Source: Antechinus flavipes (Eukaryota). Taken from it: 64,000 nt of DNA. How positions within the stretch are numbered: position 1 is the stretch's first letter; the number at the start of each line of letters is the position of its first letter. Location: positions 217,496,001 to 217,560,000 of the forward strand of contig NC_067402.1 in the NCBI RefSeq assembly GCF_016432865.1, read 5' to 3'. Shown here in pieces: positions 1 through 19,449 of this stretch. The notes under the pieces were generated by a model. That model worked only from the letters and a program-made list of their open reading frames with translations, was not told where the DNA came from and searched no databases. The translations under genes and the position numbers were made by a program.

Positions 1-845
1 TGTAAATTAAGGCCAATAATTTTTTTTAATGTGCTATTATTTGTGTTGTACTTTATGGTTCGGTTTAAGAGAAGGAAGGATAGCTTAAAGACAGATACCA
101 GATTGGAAGAGTTCAAATTCAGTTAAGAGGAAATAGAAGAGGATTCAACATGTAGGGTCTAGGAATAAGGTAGAGGAGGACTGTTATGGGGATAGGGAGA
201 GTCTGATGAGGAGAGAGTGGAAATAATAAATTGGCAGAGGTAAGTGAATGAGCTTCTGGAGGGCTGGTTTATTAAACAGGTTCTAGAAGATTTGTAGCCT
301 TGAGAGGGAAAAAAAAGGTTGTCACTGAGAGAAATTTGAGTAAGGAGATAGAGGCAGGAAAACTTGGAAGGTTAGAGTGAACTTTTTTCTTTTATCCTCA
401 CCTGATAAACTTCATAAGAACAATTTTATGTATACAGTTTTATAATACAACCAGATTAAGACTCCAGTTCACTGTCACATCCCTCCCTGAATCTCTCTCT
501 CCCTCCCTCCCTCCTTCCCTCAATCTCTTTCTTTCTCTCACACACAAAGCAACAACAGAAAGAAAAAAAGGATTTCTGCTTTTTGCTACAAAAAGGAAAC
601 CAGACTAACCAGTGATCACCCCAAGTGCTAGACGTTAGGATGGCTGGGTCAGCAGGTCACCATAATGGGGGTGGTACATTTCCTCAAAATGAGCCTGTGA
701 TTCACACTGGGGTTAAGGGTGTTTTCCATTGAATCTCCTTGAGACCAGAGGGCCCACTGTTTGTGGGAAACCTTCCTTTCTCCCCACCCACAGTACCATT
801 TCTGCAATTTTTTACTCCCCTACTCACACCACCCTCCCTCCACAG

Positions 846-2696
<1,851 letters not shown>

Positions 2697-3984
2697 GTGC
2701 TAGCCCCTGGCTTCACTCTGGCTGGACATTGTGTTCTGGGCCTGCCCTATCTAACTCTGTTAACCCTGTGTCTGAAAGCAGTGACACAGACCTCTCTATC
2801 TTCTGCGTGGCTGTGGGCATCTCTGTGCTGCCCTATTTCTGCTCCAGGCCTGAAAGCTTCCGTGGGAAGGGAAAGGACCTGGATGTTCTGAGAAGCTTCC
2901 TCGAGTCTTTGATTCTTCTTCAGGCTGATTTCCACCAAGAAGCAGAAGGAAAATGCACATTTCAAGCCTAAGACATGATAAAAAATGTTCCTGAATTAAA
3001 AGGGACTGATTGTTTAGAAGCTCTTTCAGTCAGGATATGCTCTGTATAGCTGGAATAAGAAAACATTTTACACTGGCAGCCAAACTTCTGGCTGGGTCAG
3101 ATGATTGTACTTTTTGTTTATTTTGCTGTGCTAAAGATTGTATGTGTCTGTGTGTTTAAACTTGCCAGTGCTGCTGTCCATGTAGAAGGCAAGCACCAGG
3201 TTTTTCTCCAACCCACCTCTCACCATCTGTTGGCTTCTGGCTATTCAGTGGTCTAAGGCTATCTCAGTGACCACTTTTGGAAAGGATAAGGGGAAGATAA
3301 TTTGAAACAAAGATGATTGGCCCCTCTCTGTTGACTTCTGATTATGTAGTAACCACAACTGTTGAGATTGTTGGTTGATGAGCAAAAGAACTTGCCATGT
3401 TCCTGTATCTTCTAGGGATAGTCAGTAAGTAGTCGGATTCTGTTATGTAAAGACCCTGTGGGGCACCTGACCAAATGGTGATCCCAGACTGAGTAACCCC
3501 AAATCACCTGGGCTGTGCTGAACTTGTTGAGATTGACCACCATCCCTTCAAACCCTGCCAGCCTAATCCCCTGTCTGTTAGGATGTTGCCTGAACTGCCC
3601 CCTCCCTCCCCCCTCTCACTTCTCTCCTTCCTTTCAGAACACACTGAGCCACTCTTTCCTCACTGTTGCCCTGGAAGACAATACCTCCTTGGGGAGAATA
3701 TACAGTCTAGGACTAGAGAAAATGGGAGCAGAGGCTATTTCATGAATGAGTTAGAAAAGGGGGAATTCCTTAGGGAGGGAGAAGGGTGAGAATGCCAGAA
3801 ACTGGCTTAGATGTATTGTCTCCCTTAGAGTGATTTATTTTTAGTTGTAGGGATGGAAGTAGTTTGGAGACCTAGAGAAGAAACTGAGGAAGAGGGGAGG
3901 GCCACCCAGAAGTGAGTAGGAGGTTTTCAGTTGAGTTCTCTGCCTGTTTAAGCAAATCGAGGAATTCAGACAGCTAAGGAGAGA

Positions 3985-4107
3985 AGGGATTGGCTGGGAT
4001 GTACTGGAGGGGGTGGCTTCTTTTCCTCCATAGATTTAAGTAGGGGCCAGAGAGGTTGGAGAAGATGCTCTGACGAAGTGAATACTTGCTATTTGCTGCA
4101 CCTCACC
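3985..4107 (+). promoter_or_regulatory. CYP27B1 proximal promoter candidate
   Basis: inverted CCAAT (ATTGG 3989-3993), TATA-like ATTTAAG near 4034, half-CRE TGACG 4071-4075 just upstream of the ATG. Confidence 0.45.
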
Positions 4108-8786
<4,679 letters not shown>

Positions 8787-11700
8787 ATGTGATTTATCTA
8801 TTTTCCTTTTCTCCCATTCCTTGATAGAAAAGGATAAATAGACACAAGTACTCAGTGTCTGGAAAATACTTCTTCCCTCTTCTCTATAGGGAGGACAAGG
8901 TCCTTTTGGGCTGAACTGGAGAATGACCAAATCAAAAGCCTTGAGATAGATCTGGACAAAGGACAAGAAAGTTCATCTGTTGAATACATACTATGCATTT
9001 GGTCTAGACCAGTGAGATTGTGGACCACAAGGTTAATTTTGACTTTAAGCCACATAAAACAAAGGTCTGAGGAACTGTCTGATTCCATCTTTTTCCATTC
9101 ATCCTCTGAAGCCCTCTGAGCCCTGGTCATGTAGGTACTTATTCTTTCCTATTAAGCCTAGAACCTTAGACCAACTCCCAAACCAAGATTTCTATTTTAT
9201 ACCACTAACAACCCAAATCCTGCCCACACTCCTTCCCATAACCTTTTTTTTTTTTAATGATTCTTCATGCTTTTATAATTAAAAAAATAATAATAATATC
9301 CTCCTGCTACCAATTCTGGATTTCTCTGTCTTGCTCATCACTTCCAACTTTTCAGGTGGTAATTCTGGATCTTCCCACCTGAATTGGTTTCCCTGGCACT
9401 GGAAGTGACCTGATGAACACTGGGTGGTCTGGGCACCTGGAAGAGTTTGTTGCATCACTGACCCAGGCATGTTGCTATCTGCTATGGGGAGCAGCCAAGC
9501 CTAGCTTCCTACAAAAAAATAAAAGCAGGAGGGCCTGAAGAATCAAGCTTCTAATCAATGGGTTAGACAAATCAAAAAAGAATAGACATGCAGGTTTGAA
9601 TAAAAGTGTCAGAGCATCACAAAGATGAGCAGAGGGTGTTGGGTGGTTTCCAAGGGAGGGACCTTTGGCAATAGGACTCTCAAAGTCAAAGTGACTTTAC
9701 AGAGTAACTAACTCTCCAATTTCCTGAAATTATTTTGAGATAATTTCCTTCACAGGACTGACAGAGATCAAAGTTTAAATGGAAACTGAGAATGATGTAA
9801 AGAATAACAAGGGGAAAAAAAGACAAATACATTCATACTTTTGCACAGAGATGATGTATACTGAGTATGGGGCCAAGCAGAAACCCTCAGGCACTGATAC
9901 AGGAAGGATAAAGGCTGATTAGGCAAAGAAATCTCTAATTCTTTGACTCAGCATGCCCCCAGCCCCTCAGATTCTGGGCACAATCTTCTTGTGATTTAAA
10001 TATGGATTAACTCATTCTTTTGCAATAAATCTGTCAGTAATATCTACCTGATTCCACCCTGCCCCCTCCCCCCCACACACACACACAAGTAGCCCAGAAT
10101 CCAACCTAGTCAGGGCAAGTCTTACTACCACCCCAATTATCAGATGGTGGATCAAGTTTCGGTTTCATACTTTGTTTTTTCCCAGTCCACTAGCTATAGC
10201 TCAACGGGAAATAGAGGGATTTTTCTTATCCCAGGTTTTCTGAGAACAATTATACAAAATTTATAAAAATCCAGGACTTGCAAGCTTCTGTATCATTGTA
10301 CAGGAACAAAGATGCGTGTAATTTAAATACTATTGTTCTCCTCCTCCATCCCCATTACTACTATTTCTAGATTCAAAAGCCTGTGAATGTCAGGATCTTA
10401 ATCAGACCATAGACCACTTGTGCCACTAGTTTCAGGGTTTATCCTCCCCCCCACCCTTCAAGTTCAAGTTAATCTTAACCAGTTTCTTGTCCCCAAGCTC
10501 TAGATCCAAAGAGATGGGTATACATTTTTAACCTGCCTACCCTTCAGCCTACTGTAGGATTACCCAAAATAACACCCTTCCTAGAGGAGCAATAATTTTT
10601 AAAATACCCTAGTCTAGACAGGCCCCCTAAGTTGGAAAAGGGAGCTGTTCTGCCCTTAATCCCCCACCCCCTGCCATAGTCTCACCTCAGCTGCTCTATG
10701 AGGCATTCTCTCAGAAACAGGAGGAAGGGGAAAGGTACTGACGCACTTGGCCCAGACTCAGGCCCTGAAGGGCAAAATGTATGAAAGTACTTGTATTTTG
10801 AGCCTCAATGTGGAGCCATTACTCACTGGGAGAGGGCCTGAGGTTGGAAACAGTTTGGCAAATACATCCCCAAACCTGTATGTCTTTGTCTGAGCATGTC
10901 AGCAAATGTATATGTGCTAGTGGTCACTTTCTTGAAAAACAGCTGCCTTGTGGATGGTAAGGTAACAAATGAGGGAGGAGTACACATGCCCTCTCTCCAG
11001 GGAGGCAAAAGTGCTCATTAGAAAAGCTCTTCCTTAGCCCCTTACCTACTTTGGCCTCACATCAGAGATGGCACAAAGGAGGTAAGAGAGGACAGAATGA
11101 GATAATGACTGGGAAAATTAGTATGGGCAGGAAGACAGTATTCTGGATGACTTAGAATAAAAGGAAAACATTTTCCTTCCACTCAGCTCCCTACACCACT
11201 ATCCCACGCCCACTGTCTAGCTAGTCTATAGAACAGCACCATGGACAGCACCTAGGTTGGAGCTGGAAAAGGAAAGAGGATATTTCAAGCTGTGAACTTA
11301 GCTTACCATGACTCTTCATGGTAGTCAATGCAGAAGCATTTCCCCAAAACAACCCCTTGAGGGAGGCTCAGACCTTCTCTAAAAGACTAATGATAATTGG
11401 AAAGGAATTATTTCAATCCTTTAAACTCTACTCCTGAGTCCATTATGTAACCTGAATATTCTCATTGCTGATGAATAATTCACTTAGCATGTCAGCACAG
11501 ACTAGAGGACACACAGTCCCAGGGCCTGTAAGGAGTGACCAGGTCTGGTGTTGATACATATTCAAAACCAGCCCATAGCAGCTACTTGATACTACTTCAG
11601 CATTGTATGTAGGCAACATCCTCTCACAAATGGTAAATAATTCATATCTAAATCCCTCTGAGTAGGGAGAGGCACAATTTGATACATCTGATAAAATTTA

Positions 11701-13132
11701 TAGGAAAAGAATGAGCTAAAACCCTAACCCTACTAGTTAACATAAACTGCCTGAGTAAGCCCAGGTCTGAACTGAGACATAATTATTGGAAAGGCAACAT
11801 AAATCAGAGGGAACTGAAAGACCAGAGGCTATATTCATGAAGACTGACCAGTATTGGTCTAAGTAAATAAGAATCCACTTTATACCATCAGCCATTGAAA
11901 ACATTCTGAAAGGGAATCTTCTGACCCAAAATTCTACAGCATAATTCCTGCCTTCACCTATCTCCCAAACAAAAGAAGAAAAGATACCTGATCAAACTTA
12001 TCCTCAACCTTCATTTCCTCCTTATTCTTATGGGTTCTCACACTTAGAAAATGACAATAATTTCCCACATTTATATCATATTTTTCTGAAGCATTTCCAT
12101 GTCTATTATATATCCCATTACAGAAAACTCCAAGGTATCATCCAAATGCCAAATTATTTCAATGTTCAGTGATTTGGTATGCAACCAGAAATAAACACTA
12201 AAGGCTTGAAAAACATTTAGTCACTGAGAAATTTTCTTTGCAATGGGAATTTACCTATATCTCATGTTCCTCACATCAATCCTATGGCGTGGATAGAGAA
12301 ATTGAAGCACAGAGTAGAACATAAGTCTTCTAACTTCTGAGTGTGTGATTTTTTTTCCCCATCAGACCATTCTGGGCCTTGCCAACTATACAATTAAAGT
12401 GAATTATTCACCAGCAAGTGCTTGCTAAATTTCTTGGAATAAACCACTATGGGTTGATAGGTAGAAAAAAGGTTAACTTACTAAGTGCTTTGGGACTTGC
12501 AACCTGTATAGACAAACCTCCCCCAAACCTCAAATCTTCCCACAATCCTCAGAAGAGAAATGAGCCTTCATTTGCATATAAATGACTCTTTATGCCCTCC
12601 CCTCAAACAAGAGGGGGTAAGGCAGGGGTAGACCCACCTGCCCTCATGCAGGGAGCAGGAGGTGGATATACACTAGTCTTATTGCCAGATGCCCTGTGGC
12701 CATAGAGTAGGAGGGGTGGGTGAGTTGGTAGCCCCTTCCTCCTGGCACTGGGCCCCCTTCACCAAATCATCCCTGTGGAGTTGAGGGGGCCAGAGGCCAT
12801 GTGAGCTGAGGTAAAGATGATTCTTTCCACTCTTTCCAGGGGAAAAGATGTTCTCCCCACTTTCCAGGAGGATAAGCGGCCATCAATGAATATCGAAATT
12901 TCTTCCAGATGGAATCTTTGCTCCAGGGAAAGATGAGTGATCAGTGGGGGGCCTGATATTATCTCCAGTGGTCATATCAGCATTCCCTTAATATATAAGG
13001 ACAGTCAGGTGTGGGAGCAACATCTTGTCTAGGTGGAATCTCCACTTGTTTAGGAAAGATGCTCAGCAGGAGCTGGACCACATCTCCAGCCAGTATACTG
13101 ACTTTAGGGTCTTCCTTTCCTGAGAATTTAGC

Positions 13133-13467
13133 TCAGACAGTGGTGACCCTCATGACAACCTCTCGGCCAGATCTGGAGCTGGAACGGGCATCTGGTGGCC
13201 GGAGCTGTCCAAGCAGGTGCAGAATTGTGTAGCCACAGTGCTGGGGCAAGAGCGTCCGGACACGCTGGGAAGCTGGAGGGCGGCCAGTGGCTCCAGGTGG
13301 GGAACCTGTCCGTGAGGTCCTGGGGCCTGGCTTCCCTGCCATTCCTCCTCCTGAATCCCCTCCTAAGTCCTTGGTCTTGTCATAGTTCAGAACCTTCCAC
13401 TGTTGGTTCACTGCCTGCCACCGTTTGAAGATTCGGTAGACAGAAGAGCCCTCATGGACAATGAGAC
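13133..13467 (-). CDS. MARCHF9: MARCHF9 exon 4 (stop TGA)
   Basis: [37 protein letters not shown]. Confidence 0.96.
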
Positions 13468-16379
13468 CTGGTTAGGAAGGGAATCAGAGGCTAGGTCAAT
13501 TTTCATTGAACTCAGGGCCAAGGGGAAATCCAAACCTGATTTTTTCCAGACTGAAATATTAAGAATTAATAGAAGCACTAGAATAAACAAAAAATTCAGG
13601 CTTGGGGACATCAAGGGGGTCTCTAATTGATCATAGCCCAGTTAAAGGAGTGTTACATTTAAAATCAAATGACCTCAGTTCAAATTTTCACTCTGCAACT
13701 ATTAAGTGTAACAACAATAAGCAACAACAATAATTATAATTATGTAGCATTTTGACATTTGCAAAGCACATATTTTCATAATACTCTTCTGGGTGGTAGG
13801 TGCTATTATTGTCCTTATTTTACAGATGAGGCAGGAGAGGTTAGGATTAGACTGTAGGTAAGTCTAAGTGTCTCTGAGTCTGAATTTCCTCATCAGTAAA
13901 ATGAGAGGGTTGTATTAGATAACTTATAAGGTCTCTTCTAGCTCTAGCTCTAGCAGCCTATGATTTTTCTTTCAAACTGTCCTTAAATTGGAGGAAGGGG
14001 ATAATTAATTCCATATCAATTATTATTAAGCACCTACCACACAAGGTATTAAAGATCTATATAAGCATATAAATATATATATATAGTATATATAGTTTAT
14101 ATATATAGTTTAGGCATAAAAGATAGACAGTTTAGATAAAAGTTTCTAAAATCGCCCCATCCCTGTGTGTGAAACTCTTGAAGATTTTAGGTAGATAGGA
14201 CTGAGTGGTCTCTCACCAATGCAGACAACATCCATGAAGCCATACATGCCATAGCATATCTGGAAGAGCAGGTCTTGTCGCTGCCACTTGGCTGATGGAC
14301 TGAGTGAAGACCAGATGAGCCAGGAGATGCTGGCAACAAGGAAAAGGGAGCCCAGGACAATAGCTGCGATCTGGACCTTCTCAATGACTGTCAAGGAGAT
14401 GGCCTGCCACTAGGAAAGGAAGGTATTTTCAGAGGGATACTTGGGGGACATAAGGTCTTGATGGTTATAGGAAGCAGTCATGATAACAAGAGGCAACCAT
14501 GATAGGGAGGACCTCAGTGACCAAATAAGAGCAGGGTGACTGAGTATCTATTGTGGAGTGAATACTGGGGAAAGTGTAGCTAGGACTGGCTTTTTGGGGA
14601 GAGAGGGATATCTCAAAACTTCTACTTCAAACATTAGCCTAGAGCCCTTCTCCTTGTACCTCTCACCTGCAATGGGTTCTTGGTGCTTATTGCCAGGACC
14701 TGGTACTTGAAGTAGCAAAGTTCACAGCTCCAGGATCCCCGCTCACTGATCCATCTGATGAGGCAAGGCTGGTGGGTACAGCGAACAGAACCATCACACC
14801 GACATGGGCTTAAAAGCTCCCCCTGAGGGTAGGGAGAGGAGGCAGGATCCAATTACCACTTCAACTGGATAAAGAGATCCCCTTTTCCTGGCCTCTCCAT
14901 ATTAGAGAAACTGTCAACATTAGAGATTCATATCAGAGATCCAAATTCAATACTCTCAGTGGAAACCATTCATCCAGGACTGGATGAAGGGCATATACCA
15001 GAGTGGTGAGGAAAGTCCTTAGATTGAAAAAGAGACTCTCCCAAGATCAGAGACGCCAGGGGATAGAAAGGAGGTGCAAAGGGACTTAGAATATCTCTTT
15101 TCTCAGAACTTTGGAGAATGCAGTTTGTATAAAGAGATAACGGAGTCTGGGGGTAGAGGGGAGCTATAGTAATATTAAGTAAGCATCAATCACCACCTCT
15201 CTACCTACCAAAATAATCTTAAAACACTTTACAGATCTTGCAGTAATTCAGAGGATTCTATTACTCTATCTCCATGGGATCCCAAAAGAAATCCTTCATA
15301 CAAGACTTAGGTCTGCCCTCAATCAAGGAAAGGAAATTCCCTCTGAGCACTTAGGGATAAGAATCCAGCCCCAATCCCCTCCCCACCCCCTATTGGGAGC
15401 TCCCTCCAGAACAATTTAAACAAAGAATAATCTTTGTGTGAAGAATGGAAACTGCTGAATTTAAAGCTGAGGAAAAACTCCCCAAAGGTTAAAGATGCTG
15501 AGGAATAAAGAAAGCATAGATAAGAAAGCTCCAACCCCTACAACCAAGGCTAGCTTTTCAAAGACCAACCCTTTCCTCTGCCTCCATGAAGGATGGCCCC
15601 TCCCACAGCCTATAGAGATAGTAAAGTGTGCGGAGCTGGGGACAGGGACAGTCGGCTGCTTTTCCCTGACATCTATCTCCTCCAAGACAGTTTCCCAGGA
15701 TGGGAATCTCTAGTCCTGTGGGCTATCTAACCCTTAACTTCAACCCACCCCTAGGTACCCTCCCCGTGTGGCTTTTTCCTAGGGACCCCCTGCCAGTTTC
15801 TGGTGCTGCCATGTCTCAGCCATTCTCCCAGGCCCCCTTTCTGGGTCTCCCGTCTCTGTCCAACCCTTCACATCTTCCAGGAGGATACTAGCCCCCTTAC
15901 TCCCGATCTGCCTTGGACTCTCCAGGAGGGTCCATCCAGGGCTCCCTGTCCCCTCCCCTTTTCATCTCTCTGGTACCCTGCTTCTAGTCTCCCCCCCCCC
16001 CCTCCCCAGGCCCAGGCCTGACCTGCTCCGGCCCCTGGAAGCAAATCCGGCACTGGGGGGTTCGGAGCCCGCTGTCCAGGCTGCTGCTCAGAGACAGGGA
16101 GTCCAGGCCGCCAGAAGCAGGAGGTGGAGGCGGAGGGGGCGGTGGCGGGGGTCCAGCCCGAGCTTCCTTGTCCCCCACGCCCCGGGCCCTCGGTTCCGAC
16201 CCGTAGTACTCCTCGTCGTCGCCGTCGCTGTCCCGGGCCGAACAGCCGACGAAGGGCCCCCAGCCGCAGCCGGCTCCCCCGCCCCCCCGGGGCTGAGGCT
16301 CGGGCCGGGGCCGCCCCCCGCCCGTCAGCACCAGCAGCTTCAGCTCGTTCAGGAACATGCGGAGCCGGGACTTGAGCAT
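13133..16379 (-). CDS. MARCHF9: E3 ubiquitin-protein ligase MARCHF9, 346 aa
   Basis: complement(join(13133..13467,14217..14409,14667..14822,16023..16379)) = 1041 nt; [28 protein letters not shown], two TM helices, C-terminal PDZ-type tail RVTTV. Confidence 0.98.
13790..13950. mobile_element. Two MIR/CORE-SINE fragments in opposite orientation
   Basis: tttacagatgagg (13820) and tttcctcatcagtaaaatgag (13885). Confidence 0.6.
14065..14108. repeat. (TA)n low-complexity tract
   Basis: direct reading. Confidence 0.8.
14217..14409 (-). CDS. MARCHF9: MARCHF9 exon 3
   Basis: [21 protein letters not shown]|gtgaga. Confidence 0.96.
14667..14822 (-). CDS. MARCHF9: MARCHF9 exon 2
   Basis: [19 protein letters not shown]|gtgaga. 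Confidence 0.96.
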
Positions 16380-17070
16380 CGTCCGGGCGCCGGGAGCCGC
16401 GGTGGGGAGGAGGACCGCCGCTCAGTGGGGAGCGCCGGGAGGGCGGCGTCGGGGGGTCTGGCCGGGGGAGGGGCCGAAGCCGAAGAGGGGGCGTCGGGGC
16501 CTGCGAGCTCGGCTCAGAGCAGCCTTCTGTCCTGCCCCGGGGCTGGCGGCCCGGGGGCCATGGCCCGGGTCCTCTAGGGCGCGGCGCCCCGCGGGACCGG
16601 GGCTGGAGCGGCCCGGGTCCCCGGGGTCAAGGGGCCGGGTTCTCCTGCGGCGGGGCCGCCCCCCATCGCGGGGCGCCGGGCCCCGGCCCCGCTCGGGCTC
16701 CGGCTCCGACTCCGGCTCCGGCTCGACCCGTCCGCTCGGCCGTGGCAAATGGCGGCTCCTTCCGGCAGCGACGGCGGCGGCGGCGGCAGCAAAGACCCCC
16801 CCCACCCCCACCCCCCGGAGCGGCGGGCTGGCGGCGGGCGGGGAGAGAACCCGGGAGCCGGCGAGGCAAAGAGGGAGGGGCGGGGCGGGGAAGGGGAGGA
16901 AGGGAGGGAGGGGGCCGCGGCTGCGCATCCCCGCCCCGCCCCGCGCGAGCAGGTGGCCCCGGGGGCGGGGGCGAGCGGACCCGGTGGACCAAGGGGCCGG
17001 CGGGGGAGTGGCCCAGGGAGTGAGTTGGGGAAATGAGTGGAGGAGCGTGAGGGTGCAAGGCTGCGGGTAG
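16020..17070. promoter_or_regulatory. CpG island over MARCHF9 exon 1, 5' UTR and promoter
   Basis: very high GC and CpG density, GGGGCGGGG boxes, (GGC)n run near 16770-16790. Confidence 0.85.
16023..16379 (-). CDS. MARCHF9: MARCHF9 exon 1
   Basis: [30 protein letters not shown]|gtcagg; 11-Pro run. Confidence 0.96.
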
Positions 17071-17138
17071 GGCGGGAGGTGCAAAGAATGAAAGGGTCCC
17101 AGGGAGAGAAGTGAGTGCGCGGAGGCAGGGTGCAAAAA

Positions 17139-17184
17139 TGTGTGCGTGTGCGTGTGTGTGTGTGTCTGTGTGTGTGTGTGTGTG
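17139..17184. repeat. (TG)n microsatellite
   Basis: direct reading. Confidence 0.9.
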
Positions 17185-17743
17185 AAGCGGCCTGGGGAGA
17201 TGGAGTGAGGGGTCGAGCAGACAGCCCTTTTTTTCATCTCATATAATCAGCAACTGTACTGGTTAAGCAATGCCCACGTACACTTCCTGGTTTACTGCTC
17301 CCGTCCTCCTTCAAAGGCCGTGAATTCCCCTCTCACTAGCCCAAGGTATCCACCATCCCCACCTCATGTTCCTCTCTTAAAAATTTGCCATTCCTTCTCT
17401 TTCCCTTCCCTTTCCCAGTCTGTAGGAAAAGGGAGTCTGGGGAGTCCTTTCGGTCAAACACACTGGGAAAAAAGTAATTAGTAAAAGAATAATTAACAGA
17501 AGGGCTGAGGAGACAGAGTTAAAGGAGGGGCAGACAGCAAAAATCAGAGTTTCTTCGATAGAGGGGAAGGGAAAAGACTGAATTCAATAATATACTTCGT
17601 TTTTTTTTTTCAATTCAGCTTTATTTTATTTTCGGTTCCAAATTATTTCCCTTCCTCCATTCATTGAGAAGAAAAAAAATGACAAATAATGTATTTTAAA
17701 AGAATGAATGGAAACAGACTCAAAGAGAAATAAATTGAAATAT

Positions 17744-18957
17744 TAAGGTCCTTCCAAATCCTTCCAGATTCTATTTTTATTGTGAACCAGTTCACAATAA
17801 TGGACCTATGTAATTGAGACAAAACACTAGCCCTTTATCTTATTTTTCAGAAGGCTCATCAACTAATTGTTGCAAGGTGAATAATATGCAAAGGTTCCCT
17901 TCTCTTCACTTCTGTCCCTCAGAATTTCCCATTCTAAAGGTACTCATACTAGTATCTCCCCTTACCTTCTAATAGAAATCCGGAGCAGAAAGTAGCTCTG
18001 GAGGAAAGAGGGAAAAGAAGTGTTCACACTCCTATTTTCCTCCTGAACCCAACCTTCTTTAATTCTTAAGTCCCTCTTTTTTCAATTTTGAAACTGTTGC
18101 AAAATGCTTAAGGGAATGATGGGAAAGAGAGGCATTGAAGGCCCTAATTGAGACATGACTATTACTCATGCCACACTAAAAGAAACGCTAAAATGGAATT
18201 AGAGCTAATTAAAAAAACTGGCTGGCAAAAGCATCTGTGAGATGCATCTTTCCCAATTTCTCCCATTTCTTTTAGAATGAAAGGAGGCTTGTGACAAGGA
18301 ACTTTCGGGGTAGGGATAAAGTCTGAAGCGCACTTTGTTGTAGAATAAGGTAGAATATGGTGGGGTGGGGGGGTAATCATTGGCTCTGTACTTAGAGGAC
18401 TTTGGTTCAAATCTTCCTTCTGTCCCTTTCTGTTTGACTTTGTTTGTGCATATCATTTAACTATTCTATCTCTCGAGTTTCTCACTTGTAAAATGAGGGG
18501 GTTGCAGTGAAAGAACACTGGAAAATGAGTGTGGACCACAACATAGCATTTACACTTTTTCTGTTATTGTTTGCTTGCATTTTTGTTTTTCTTCCCAGGT
18601 TATTTTTACTTTCTTTCTAAATGCAATTTTTCTTGTATAGCAAGACAACTGTATAAATATGTATACAAATATTGTATTTAACATATACTTTAACATATTT
18701 AACATGTATTGGATTACCTGCCATCTAGGGGAAGGGTTGGAGGGAAGGAGGGGGAAAGTTAGAACAGAAGTTTTTGCAAGAGTCAATGTTGAAAAATTAC
18801 TCATGCATATGTTTTGTCAATAAGCTATAATAAAAAAAAAAGAAGGGATTGGAGTAAATGACTTTTAAGGTATATTAAGATATTTAAGTTATTTTCTATG
18901 CTTATGGATATTTTTTCACAATAAAAATAGAATCTGGAAGGATTTGGAAGGACCTTA
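17744..18957. repeat. Perfect 43-bp inverted repeat (17744-17786 / 18915-18957)
   Basis: TAAGGTCCTTCCAAATCCTTCCAGATTCTATTTTTATTGTGAA and its exact reverse complement, 1128-bp spacer. Confidence 0.95.
18550..18841 (+). mobile_element. Young 5'-truncated LINE-1 3' tail (marsupial type)
   Basis: ends AAGCTATAATAAAAAAAAAA with G-rich tract GGGGAAGGGTTGGAGGGAAGGAGGGGG upstream. Confidence 0.7.
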
Positions 18958-19449
18958 GAAGTAATATATTCCATCCTCCTTTCCCATCCTTTGTACAGCT
19001 GTCATCATTCTCTGTTTGAAAACTTCCATTGAAGAAAAGGATTCCTTTTTCTGGTAACTGTTCTCAAAGTTATATAGCTGTTAATAAAGTTCTCGATCTG
19101 CCCCTCTGTAACTTCCATCTACAGCTCCTTCTGCCCTCTGGGGCCAAGTTGAATAAGTCGAATCCCTCTTCCACTAGAGGCACTGAATGCTTTTCTTGTC
19201 TATAATTTTTTTTGTCGGGGTAGAGATGGAAGGTGGGGAAGGCGGAGGAAAAGCAGATTCCTAAGATGAAGAATGTCATGAGAACGTAGGAGAAAGAAAA
19301 TGTAGGAGAGATAGCCAGACACAGAGTCAATCTCTCTTCTAACCTTCTGCCCACAAGAGGGATCTGGGTGGCCTCGGTTGCCATGGCACTACCCTAAGGC
19401 TCCTCCCCCTCACTGGCCACCCCCTCCTACCTCCATAGGGACCTTGGAA

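Noticed and set aside
1-845. METTL1 exon 1
   Set aside because: No RQRAHSNP-like codons or CpG island; this is intron 1 and the exon lies left of the window
11718-11732. Telomere-like ACCCTAACCC
   Set aside because: Fewer than two full hexamers; expected by chance
16357-17237. 237-aa (+) and 271-aa (-) ORFs over the MARCHF9 promoter
   Set aside because: Low-complexity GC-rich frames that lack stops for compositional reasons; one runs through a TG microsatellite
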